Below are positions 49,023 to 58,054 of a stretch of DNA of 64,000 nt, piece by piece. The notes under the pieces are model-generated. The model saw only the letters and a list, made by a program, of their open reading frames with translations. It was not told the DNA's origin and did no database searches. The stretch lies in the NCBI GenBank assembly GCA_965214605.1, contig OZ243961.1:4128001-4192000 (forward strand), read 5' to 3'. How positions within the stretch are numbered: the first letter of the stretch is position 1; each line of letters opens with the position of its first letter. Origin of the DNA: an uncultured Candidatus Binatia bacterium. Its GTDB lineage: Bacteria > Desulfobacterota > Binatia > Bin18. The translations under genes and the position numbers were made by a program.

Positions 49023-49582
49023 TCACGGGCGAGTGGTCCCACAATCGGCTCCTGCAACTGATCATCGTGCTGTTCGTGGTGTATGTGGCGGGGCTGTGGC
49101 TGACCAACGCGTTGCTGTATTTCCAGAAGATGAGTCTGAGCTACAGTTCGGTGACGGCGTACTACCTGGGGGCGGAGGAGCGGTTCCTGCTGCCGCGGAC
49201 GTATCAGGGGATGCTGGAGGTGACGCACTTTCACCTGTTTGCGATGGGGTTGTTACTGCTGACGCTGACCCATCTGATGCTGTTCGTGCCGCTGGGGCCG
49301 CGGCTGAAGGCGGGGTGTATTGTGATTCCGTTTGGGGCGGCGCTGGTGGACGAGGGGAGTGGGTGGCTGGTGCGGTTTGTGCATCCGGGGTTTGCGTATC
49401 TGAAGATTGGGGGGTTTGTGCTGTTGGAGGTGAGTTTGGCGGCGTTGATAGGGCTGACCTTATGGACGGTGGTCGGGGGCTCGCAGCGGCAGTACCGCCG
49501 GGCGGGGGCGCCCCGGCCCCCGACGCCCGGGGCGGGGGCGTCCAGGCTTGCAGAGGGCCAAGGAGAAGGCACCGAAAGCTAA
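49010..49582 (+). CDS. Four-TM membrane protein with conserved-looking His residues
   Basis: YYLG, LEVTHFHLFAM, LTHL; overlaps the FMN-binding gene. Confidence 0.75.
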   Translation: MRFVITGEWSHNRLLQLIIVLFVVYVAGLWLTNALLYFQKMSLSYSSVTAYYLGAEERFLLPRTYQGMLEVTHFHLFAMGLLLLTLTHLMLFVPLGPRLKAGCIVIPFGAALVDEGSGWLVRFVHPGFAYLKIGGFVLLEVSLAALIGLTLWTVVGGSQRQYRRAGAPRPPTPGAGASRLAEGQGEGTES

Positions 49583-49645
49583 CCGTCCGCACACGCCTTG
49601 CGTGTGCGGACTGAGAGACGAGAGGCAGGGAAAGGAGATGCACAG

Positions 49646-50116
49646 ATGAAGCGGATGATAATAGCGGCGAGTACGTTTGTCGTGGTGCTTGCCACCCAAC
49701 AGATTGGCGCCCACGGTGAGCATACCCACAGTCTCAAAAATCCAGATGATTCCATCGCGGTACGCATGTACTTGATGGAAAACGTCGGGGCCAACGCCGA
49801 ACAACTCAAAGCAAAGCTGGATGCCGGACAGATTACAGACGTAGCGCTCAATGCTGAGGCAATTGCCCTCCATGCCAACCAGATTCCCAATCTATTTCCT
49901 CCTGGTAGCACCTCGGACTCCTCGCGGGCCAAGCCTGAGATCTGGCAGCAGTGGGACGACTTTGTCCAATCCGCCCACAGTTTGCGAGATGCCGCCGAGG
50001 AACTAGGCCACGCCGCCAGCCAAGACAGGGGTGAAGAGGCCAAGGCCAAGCTTAGGGCGGTCTTTGGCAGTTGCAAAGGCTGTCACGATGGTTTTCGCAA
50101 GCCTAAAGAGTCCTAA
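49646..50116 (+). CDS. Cytochrome c' (class II)
   Basis: Signal peptide, LFPPGS, AKPEIWQQWDDF, C-terminal CKGCHDGFR; SD AAGGAG. Confidence 0.92.
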   Translation: MKRMIIAASTFVVVLATQQIGAHGEHTHSLKNPDDSIAVRMYLMENVGANAEQLKAKLDAGQITDVALNAEAIALHANQIPNLFPPGSTSDSSRAKPEIWQQWDDFVQSAHSLRDAAEELGHAASQDRGEEAKAKLRAVFGSCKGCHDGFRKPKES

Positions 50117-50135
50117 TCCGGGCCTGAAAGGCGAG

Positions 50136-52202
50136 TTACCGATACAGCTCTTCGTTACTCAGCCTGCTGTCCGGCAGCCGAATCTTTGGATAGAGCGATG
50201 GCATGCCGCTACGGCCAAGCAGTAGGAAGTCAACGGGCACGAACGGCATTGGGACCTCCATGCCGATAAAGGCGCTGCGTTGGTCTTTCCCAAAGGCTAA
50301 GTTCGTGCCGAGAATTTCTTTTGGTAGAACGCCACGGATATCAAGTTCCGTGCCCGAGGTACTACCGGTCAGTTGGGGCAGGGCACGCCAGCCTTGGTCG
50401 GCGTGCTTTTCCTGGCTACTCTTGAGCACGATATCGGTCTCTTCCGCGTCCAAGGCTAAACGGGCCAGCTGACGGTCGCCGTGATGCATTGCCTGGTCAA
50501 AACCTTTGGCTCGAAAACGCCGCCAAAATCGGTCCCAGGCTAGACTCGGCACTCCGTAGACCTTGGTCTGTGGACCGTTATCAGTCTCAAGATGAAGGGA
50601 AATCTCCCGATCCGCCAAGATGGTTATGCCCTCATCACTGAGTTCAACATTGTCCCAGTCGCCGTCCACGAGCTGGGGTTTGAGACCCAAGCCGTGGGGA
50701 CCGATGAGATCGTCGTGCTCCTTGAGAAAGGCTTTGCTGAGTTGGATGCCTTGATTTTCCCAACGACTCAACTCGCGTAGCTTTGGGGCAGCTCTTTTGG
50801 CCGCCTCGGTGTCTGGATAGTATTCGGCCAGGGTCTGTAAGGCTGCTAGTTTGTCGGACCGGTGGGGGGTATCGTCCGCCTGTTGGAGGAGCGTCTCGGC
50901 GGCCTGTTCTTTAAGTTTCGGGATCTTGTCTTCCCGCCCGGCGAGTTGGTAGTAATGCATCGCCCGATCCAGCTTGCCTTCACGCTGATAGGAAGAGGCC
51001 AGCAGGTCATAGACCTCGGGAGTCCGTCGTTCGGGCGGTGTTTGGTGCACGTAGGTCTGCGCCTCACGAATGACACCCTGGCGTGAAACCGGGTTGCCGG
51101 TCATCACCCGCCACAATTTAGTGCCAATCTGAACCATTGACAGCGCCCCGAACGTTGCCGCCCCAACCAGCCCCTCGGTTGCCACCTGGATGCCGGCCAC
51201 GGCAAAGTTGTCTTTGACAAAAGAACTGCCCGGCATGACATATTTGAAGGTCTCGACCTGATGGTCCCATTTGGCATCTCGAACCCGTTGGTAGGGGTCT
51301 TCGGGGTGCTGGTTGGCTAGGGGTTCCAGGACCTGGAGCTTAGCTTCGACCCGACGCAACCCCTCCTGGGCCTGGTCCGATTCGTCATCGACCATCAGCG
51401 CCAGCTGATAGTGGAAGTTTGCGCCCCAGTAGTCGCCTTGCTCAAAGGCGGCTGCAGCCTTGTCCAGTTCTTCGTCCAAGAGAGCTTTTTGGCGGCGCGT
51501 TTCCAAGGCGTCGATCTTTTTTTGGACCTCGGCCGCGCGTGGGTCGTGGGGGGCGCGGCGTAAGAACTGCTGGTACAGAACCAGGGCTTTCCGTTCGCGT
51601 GGACTGGGCGCGTCCCGGCGTCTCCTGAGGGACGAAATAACGCCCTGGGCAGAATAGGGGCTGGGACTGCGGGGAGCGCCAAGGAATAAACTGCCGACAT
51701 CAAAGGTTGACAGCACCCAGTTAAACATCCTTCCCAAGCGTCCACGTTTTTCGTCTGCAATCAGCGTATCGGCTTGAGTCAGGAGCTCATCAGTAGGAGC
51801 GTTGAGTTCGGCGACGGCAACCTCTGGAGCGGGGCGGTGAGGATAGGAAGATTCCTCAGCCGCGGCCAGTGCCCTGACATAGGCGGTCAGGCCGGTCGGG
51901 CGCTGACCATTTCGGACGAGGTCGGCATCATGCTGAGACAGAGCGCGGAGGTGGTCTTCAGCGGATTGCGGGCCGGTTAAATAGGCGTCAACAATGGCGT
52001 TAGCGACCTGTTTGCCAACCGCATCCGGAAAATAGCGGTCGGGCGGCAGGGACGGAAGAAACGGGTTGTAGTTGGGGTGCACCTCGGTGAGCCGGTGCAT
52101 CAAGGGGTCGGAAAATTCCTGGGCCCGCACCGAGCCCAACAGTGAAAGACCCGTGAGGAAACCGATCAGGTAGAGGGGCGGTCGCATAGATCCTCGCCTC
52201 AT
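50136..52202 (-). CDS. Large exported helical/TPR-like hypothetical protein
   Basis: 688 aa open frame, signal peptide ending VRA, TPR-like helices; start 52202 or 52187. Confidence 0.75.
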   Translation of the reverse strand: MRRGSMRPPLYLIGFLTGLSLLGSVRAQEFSDPLMHRLTEVHPNYNPFLPSLPPDRYFPDAVGKQVANAIVDAYLTGPQSAEDHLRALSQHDADLVRNGQRPTGLTAYVRALAAAEESSYPHRPAPEVAVAELNAPTDELLTQADTLIADEKRGRLGRMFNWVLSTFDVGSLFLGAPRSPSPYSAQGVISSLRRRRDAPSPRERKALVLYQQFLRRAPHDPRAAEVQKKIDALETRRQKALLDEELDKAAAAFEQGDYWGANFHYQLALMVDDESDQAQEGLRRVEAKLQVLEPLANQHPEDPYQRVRDAKWDHQVETFKYVMPGSSFVKDNFAVAGIQVATEGLVGAATFGALSMVQIGTKLWRVMTGNPVSRQGVIREAQTYVHQTPPERRTPEVYDLLASSYQREGKLDRAMHYYQLAGREDKIPKLKEQAAETLLQQADDTPHRSDKLAALQTLAEYYPDTEAAKRAAPKLRELSRWENQGIQLSKAFLKEHDDLIGPHGLGLKPQLVDGDWDNVELSDEGITILADREISLHLETDNGPQTKVYGVPSLAWDRFWRRFRAKGFDQAMHHGDRQLARLALDAEETDIVLKSSQEKHADQGWRALPQLTGSTSGTELDIRGVLPKEILGTNLAFGKDQRSAFIGMEVPMPFVPVDFLLLGRSGMPSLYPKIRLPDSRLSNEELYR

Positions 52203-52206
52203 GCCT

Positions 52207-53238
52207 TCAGCGTCCGAGCCGTCCGATTTTGGCCATATACGCTTCGAGGGCCTGGAGTTTGCCCTTGGCTTGTAGCTTTTCGATCACCCCGTCCTGTTGG
52301 GCGACCTGAGCGTATTGATTCAGCGCGGCTTGGCCCAGTTCTTCAAACGTTGCGGTCGAAAAAAATAGGCCCTCGGGATCGTTTTGAGATACATATTCTT
52401 CGGCCAGAGTACTGAAGAAGTCGCCGAGTTCAATCAGATAGCGGTAGCGATTTTTGCTCTCGGGGTGTTTGTCGAGCAGCTGGCGGTAGGCGACAATGAC
52501 GCTCTCTGGGCCGTCTTGGAGCTGGTAGCGGTTCAATTTCAGAAAGGTCACCTTGGCTAGGTCAATCCGCTCGGCCTCTTCCAACGCCAAGGTTTCATAC
52601 CGCGTTCCGGACCATTCTTGGCTGAGCGCTGTCCAGTCTGCGGCTTGGTCATCGAGGGCCTGCAAATACTCGACTGGAGTGGTAGCCGAGATAGGACGCT
52701 GGACTAGCTCCCGGAATTTGCTCAGGGCGTTGACAGATTGAGCGGCCTCGTCTTTCAGCCGGTGGCGCGTTTCGCTGATGCGTTGATACTCTTTAAGCGC
52801 TTGCAGGTAGGCGTGTAAGCCTTCATAGGCCCGGCCTCGGGTAAAGGCTATCAGGACCGGATAGGCGCCGGGGTGCTTGGCCTGATAGTCATTCAGGCGC
52901 TTGAGGGTGGCTTTATACGCGTTTGCGCCGGTCACGTCCTGGGGGAGCGGAAAACGATAGGTGTCGTTGGCCTCGACGCGTTGAAACTCGGTAGTGATTT
53001 TGAGTAGATCTTCCTCGGTTTCGTACTGCGGATTGCGCTCCGCGTCGGCGTTTTTCGAAAGGCCGGGGATAAATTCGCGAATTTCTGAGGCTGGTGAGGA
53101 AGCGGACGGGCTGGGAGGCGCGGACCGCGGGCGAAAAAAAGAACAGCTTGAGACTAGCGGCAGGCAGAACATCACAACAAGGGCAGGCACAAATGGGGAA
53201 AAAGCCACCTGCATCCATGTCACCTCAGGGTATCGCAT
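52207..53238 (-). CDS. Putative helical lipoprotein
   Basis: 343 aa; hydrophobic leader ending VSSC, Pro/Ser linker, TPR-like helices. Confidence 0.75.
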   Translation of the reverse strand: MRYPEVTWMQVAFSPFVPALVVMFCLPLVSSCSFFRPRSAPPSPSASSPASEIREFIPGLSKNADAERNPQYETEEDLLKITTEFQRVEANDTYRFPLPQDVTGANAYKATLKRLNDYQAKHPGAYPVLIAFTRGRAYEGLHAYLQALKEYQRISETRHRLKDEAAQSVNALSKFRELVQRPISATTPVEYLQALDDQAADWTALSQEWSGTRYETLALEEAERIDLAKVTFLKLNRYQLQDGPESVIVAYRQLLDKHPESKNRYRYLIELGDFFSTLAEEYVSQNDPEGLFFSTATFEELGQAALNQYAQVAQQDGVIEKLQAKGKLQALEAYMAKIGRLGR

Positions 53239-53376
53239 ATCTCATCGGACTCGGCCTAGGAGCTACGCAGCCTAGCTTAATGCTCTGCTCTAGAGGTGTC
53301 AAACGCAAGGCCGAGATGGTGCGCTGCGGCCTTGTCAGTCCTCCTTGATTCCGGATAAGATTCGGTACATAGCCAT

Positions 53377-53461
53377 GCCGGAGTGGTGGAATTGGCAGAC
53401 ACACAGGACTTAAAATCCTGGGCGGGTATCTCGCGTGCGGGTTCAAGTCCCGCCTCCGGCA
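53377..53461 (+). tRNA. tRNA-Leu (anticodon TAA)
   Basis: GCCGGAG/CTCCGGC acceptor stem, CAGGA-CTTAAAA-TCCTG anticodon arm, long variable arm, GTTCAAGTC T-loop; CCA not encoded. Confidence 0.96.
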
Positions 53462-53559
53462 TAGGAAACCAATGGGTTACGCCTCCTCTCCTCGCGGCCT
53501 TGTGCCACGCGAGGCCCATATCATCGCCCTGTCTTTGACAGGTTCTTGCTCCTTGCCGT

Positions 53560-53790
53560 GGCTTGGCCAGCTTTTTTGCGCTGTCTAAGAACAGCTCCTC
53601 ATCTGCAATCACGTACCGTCGATATACGGATTCGGTCTGGTGGCCGGCCATTTTCATGGCCGCTGCTCTGGGGATTCCCGTACGTTCCAGGTTCCGAATC
53701 GCCGTGCGGCCAGGACATGCGGGAGCCGGGGCCACGGACGCCAGCCCTTCGGCGGCTGTTGTCCCATAGTGTCCGAAAAAATTGATCTAG
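53560..53790 (-). pseudogene. Tyrosine recombinase C-terminal remnant
   Basis: RTAIRNLERTGIPRAAAMKMAGHQTESVYRRYVI; HxxR region frameshifted; N-terminus absent. Confidence 0.82.
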
Positions 53791-54487
53791 CAGCTCTTGT
53801 GGTGGACTCCCCAAGGGACAATGGGCAATGTGCGAACCTGGAACAACTTTGTCACTCGACGCCGCTCTTCCAACGCACCCGGCAGCGCTGGAATGTCGTT
53901 GAATGGAAAGTTCCTGCTCTTCCGATCGTTCGTCTCGCTGGGCTCTAGTCGGAGTCAGCCGTGCTAAAAATCGACGGGCGCCCATTGCCGGGTGATGATC
54001 TTTGACGTAATCCGCGCGACAGGCTTTGTGTCGGGTGCGCTCGTTCGTGGACGCGGCTCGCTGCAAACCTCTGGAGTAGGACCTGTGATGTAGCAATGAT
54101 GATGTGCTGAAGAAAGGCACCTGCTGTGCCGTTATAGCAGTACAAGCAAAGAAGAAAGCTTGAGTCTGGAGATGACAGAGTACGAAACTCCTCCCTGAGC
54201 GCTCTCGCGGACCCAAGTTGGGCACCCAAGTTTGGATGTCGGCTGAGGTGAGCCTGTTGCAAGGGACCCTGGTTGGCTGGGGCTTGCGGTGGATAAGGAA
54301 AGCCTTGGAGGCGCGGAATCCGGTGTTGGCCGGAATCGGTCAGTCTCTTGAAGCAGGGGCAGGCACTCACGGAGCTATGGCGACGCTGAGGGTCAGCAAC
54401 GCTCTCGAGGGGGCCTAGAAGACTCCATATCCGGCAGGCTTATAGCGGGTTTTACGATCCCTTTTCTTGCGTGATTTTTGGCCGGAT

Positions 54488-56551
54488 TTAGTAGCTTTGC
54501 CGGTTAAGGCCGAGCGCTTCGTCGATCATGCGCGCTGGCATGGCGTCGTAGTGATCGAATTCCATGCTGTGAGAGGCGCGGCCTTGGCTGATCGAACGCA
54601 CGCTGGTGGCATAGCCAAACATGGTTGCCAGGGGCACGTGGGCCGTAATTGTGCGCTGGCTGCCGCGTTCACCTAGTTCGATGACTTTGCCCCGCCTCGC
54701 CTGGAGGTCGCCCATGACTGTCCCGAGGTACGCTTCGGGCATGACTACTTCGACCTTCATGATCGGTTCGAGAAGGACCGGCTTGGCTTTTTTGACCGCT
54801 TCTTTCAATCCCAGCGAGCCAGCCAGGTGGAAGGACATCTCTGAGGAATCAACCTCATGATAACTACCGTCGTATAAGGTCACCGTCGTATTGAGCAGCT
54901 GGCAGCCGTAGCTGACCCCATTCTCTGCTGCCTCACGCACGCCTTTTTCCACCGCCGCAATGTACTCTTTGGGAATGGCGCCGCCTTTAATGGCGTTGAC
55001 GAAGACGAGTCCCTGACCGTCATTTGGCTCAATCTTAAAATAGACATGCCCAAACTGGCCACGCCCACCTGACTGACGCACGTATTTGCCCTCAGCTTGG
55101 GCCGGACGGGTGATGGTCTCCCGGTAGGCGACCTGGGGGGCGCTGGTGTTGACGGCAACCTGAAACTCGCGGATGAGCCGGTCGATGATAATTTCGAGAT
55201 GCAGCTCTCCCATCCCGGACAGCAACGTTTGGCCGGTTTCAGCGTTGGTTTGCACAACCAGTGTCGGGTCCTCGGACGACAGGCGCTCCAGGGCGAGGCC
55301 GAGCTTTTCCGAGTCGGCCTTGGTCTTTGGTTCGACCGCCAGTGAGATGACTGGCTCATGGAAGGTGATCGACTCCAGCAGAATGGGGCGGTTGCGGTCG
55401 GCAATCGTATCACCGGTGGTAAAGTTCTTGAGACCGACCGCGGCAAAAATACTGCCGGCTTCGGTGTGTTCAATATCTTCTTTTTTATCGGCGTGCATAC
55501 GGACCAGGCGACCAACGCGTTCGGTCTGACCGGTTCGGGGGTTAAAGATCTGTGCACCGGTTTTCAGCGTGCCACTATACAGGCGGATGAACGTCAGCTG
55601 CCCCGAGTATGGATCGTGCATGGTCTTAAAGGCCAGACCGGCCCGGATGGCATCAGTGACCTGCCATTGGTGCGGTTCGCCTTTCAGCGTGTGACCTCGA
55701 ACCGGCTTGGTCGGCGGGGGCAGATAGGACACGATGGCATCTAACAGCGGTTGCACGCCCTTATTCCGCAGTGCAGAACCACACAAGACCGGAAAGATCT
55801 CCATCGCCCGGGTTTTGGCCGCAAGGGCGCGCAGCAGCGTGTCTTCGCTCGGCACTTCACCGGCCAGGTATTGTTCGAGCAGACTATCATCCGCGTCGGC
55901 CACCGTCTCAATCAACTGCTCGCGAGAGTGTGCCACCTCGTCCGCCATTGCGGCCGGGATGTCTTCCTCATGAAAACGCGCCCCCAGCGTGTCTTCTTCC
56001 CAGGCAACGACCTTTTGGCGCAGTAGATCGACCACCCCGCGAAACGAGGCTTCGTTACCGAACGGCAGTTGTAAGAGGACCGGCTTTCCTCCCAAACGGC
56101 TCTTGATCTGCTCAACTACACCATGAAAATCCGCTCCAACGCGGTCAAGCTTGTTGATAAAGACGATACGCGGAACCCCATACTTATCAGCCTGGCGCCA
56201 GACCGTCTCCGACTGTGGCTCCACCCCGCCGACCGCACAGAAGACCACCACCGCCCCGTCGAGCACGCGCAGGCTGCGTTCAACCTCAGTCGTGAAGTCG
56301 ACGTGGCCCGGGGTGTCGATAATGTTGATTTGATGTTCCAGCCACTCACAGGTGATGGCCGCCGCGGTGATGGTAATGCCGCGCTCCCGTTCCTGAGGCA
56401 TCCAGTCGGTAATCGTCGTTCCGTCGTGCACCTCCCCAATCTTATGCGAGAGGCCGGTGTAGTACAGGATACGCTCGCTAACGGTGGTTTTCCCGCTGTC
56501 AACGTGCGCAACGATGCCAATATTTCGAATAGATTCTAGTTGAGACGACAT
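54488..56551 (-). CDS. fusA: Elongation factor G, stand-alone copy
   Basis: [53 protein letters not shown]. Confidence 0.95.
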   Translation of the reverse strand: MSSQLESIRNIGIVAHVDSGKTTVSERILYYTGLSHKIGEVHDGTTITDWMPQERERGITITAAAITCEWLEHQINIIDTPGHVDFTTEVERSLRVLDGAVVVFCAVGGVEPQSETVWRQADKYGVPRIVFINKLDRVGADFHGVVEQIKSRLGGKPVLLQLPFGNEASFRGVVDLLRQKVVAWEEDTLGARFHEEDIPAAMADEVAHSREQLIETVADADDSLLEQYLAGEVPSEDTLLRALAAKTRAMEIFPVLCGSALRNKGVQPLLDAIVSYLPPPTKPVRGHTLKGEPHQWQVTDAIRAGLAFKTMHDPYSGQLTFIRLYSGTLKTGAQIFNPRTGQTERVGRLVRMHADKKEDIEHTEAGSIFAAVGLKNFTTGDTIADRNRPILLESITFHEPVISLAVEPKTKADSEKLGLALERLSSEDPTLVVQTNAETGQTLLSGMGELHLEIIIDRLIREFQVAVNTSAPQVAYRETITRPAQAEGKYVRQSGGRGQFGHVYFKIEPNDGQGLVFVNAIKGGAIPKEYIAAVEKGVREAAENGVSYGCQLLNTTVTLYDGSYHEVDSSEMSFHLAGSLGLKEAVKKAKPVLLEPIMKVEVVMPEAYLGTVMGDLQARRGKVIELGERGSQRTITAHVPLATMFGYATSVRSISQGRASHSMEFDHYDAMPARMIDEALGLNRQSY

Positions 56552-56749
56552 AGGCCTCTCCGTGCGAGGTCTGCAATGCACGTGTGAAGAAAAGAAGATT
56601 GTTGAGGAGGGTGGCAGACTAGGGCCCGACTCTAGACATTCCGCTTGTCTCTTCTACACATACATAAAAATATGCGCCTATCCAATAGGGCAAGTAGCGG
56701 GAAGATGACACCTGAGTGACAGAAATAGGGAAGTTTCTGTTCCAGGAGG

Positions 56750-57913
56750 CTAAATTTTATACTCCTTTAACAGATTGCGGGCGATGACCAGCTTTTGAAT
56801 CTCACTTGTCCCCTCACCGATGATCATCAGCGGGGCGTCACGGTAAAAACGCTCGACCGGAAATTCTTGGGTGTATCCGTAGCCGCCCAAGACCCGCATG
56901 GCATCCAGGGCGACTTCTTCACACGACTCCGAGGCGAACAGTTTGGCCATGCCGGCTTCCAAATCGCACCGCTCGCCCTTATCTTTCTTAATTGAGGCTT
57001 GGCGCACGAGCAGACGGGAGGCCTCAATCTTGGTCGCCATTTCGGCCAGCTTGAGCTGGATAGCTTGGTGTTCGCATATCGGCTTACCAAAAGTCTCTCG
57101 TTGTTGGGCGTAGCGAATGGCTTCCTCAAACGCGGCCTGGGCCACACCGACCGCGCGCGCCGCCACGTTGATGCGACCGACCTCAAGACCGCCCATGATC
57201 TGTTTAAAACCCTGCCCCTCTCGGCCGCCGATCAGGCTTGAGGCCGGGGTTGGAAAATCTTCAAACGCCAGCTCGCACGTATCAAGCCCCTTATAGCCGA
57301 GCTTTTTAATATCTCGGCTGACCGTCAAGCCTGGTGCGCCTTTTTCAGCCGCGAACAGGCTGATACCGGCATAGGCCGGTTGGGCGCTGGGGGTAGTCTT
57401 GGCCGCCACAGCCAGAATATTGCCGTGGCGACCGTTGGTGATAAACATTTTGTTGCCGTTAATCAGATACTGATCGCCGCGTTTTTTGGCCGTGGATTTG
57501 ATGCGCTGCACATCGCTGCCGGCGTGCGGTTCGGTCAGGGCCAAGCCGCCGCGTTTTTCTCCGCTGGCCATGTCCGGCAGCAGGTTTTGTCTCTGCTCCT
57601 CCGTCCCAAACTGGGCAATGATATGGGCGAACAGCAGGTGAGAATTCAGGATACCGGTCAGGCTCATCCACCCCCGACAGATCTCCTCAATGATCATCGC
57701 ATAGGTCGAAAACGACAAGCCTAGACCGCCGTATTGGGTCGGAATAATCGCCCCAAACAGACCGAGCTGCTTCATTTTTTCGACCAACTCGTGCGGATAT
57801 TCGTCGTTATGTTCCATCTCACTGGCGACCGGTTTGACGTCGCGCTCAACAAAACGGTGGATAGTGGACAGAATCTGTCGATCTTCGTCGTTTAGCGTTG
57901 CCACGCCTGCCAT
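56750..57913 (-). CDS. Acyl-CoA dehydrogenase
   Basis: LTEPHAGSD, NGNKMFITNG, RETFGKPI, GGYGY, IGEGTSEIQ. Confidence 0.95.
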   Translation of the reverse strand: MAGVATLNDEDRQILSTIHRFVERDVKPVASEMEHNDEYPHELVEKMKQLGLFGAIIPTQYGGLGLSFSTYAMIIEEICRGWMSLTGILNSHLLFAHIIAQFGTEEQRQNLLPDMASGEKRGGLALTEPHAGSDVQRIKSTAKKRGDQYLINGNKMFITNGRHGNILAVAAKTTPSAQPAYAGISLFAAEKGAPGLTVSRDIKKLGYKGLDTCELAFEDFPTPASSLIGGREGQGFKQIMGGLEVGRINVAARAVGVAQAAFEEAIRYAQQRETFGKPICEHQAIQLKLAEMATKIEASRLLVRQASIKKDKGERCDLEAGMAKLFASESCEEVALDAMRVLGGYGYTQEFPVERFYRDAPLMIIGEGTSEIQKLVIARNLLKEYKI

Positions 57914-58054
57914 TGCTGCTTCCTTTCCCGCCTGTTCCGCCCTCGGCCCGGACCCCGCCACTTCACCACCTTTGGAGCCGAAGATCAAGCCGGGACTCAA
58001 CCCCTGGCCACGGGTCGGGAAAGCGGATAATAAATAGGGAGAAAGGAGCGAACC

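Noticed and set aside
47817-49643. Long antisense ORFs (361 aa and 193 aa)
   Set aside because: Shadows of GC3-rich sense genes; low-complexity translations
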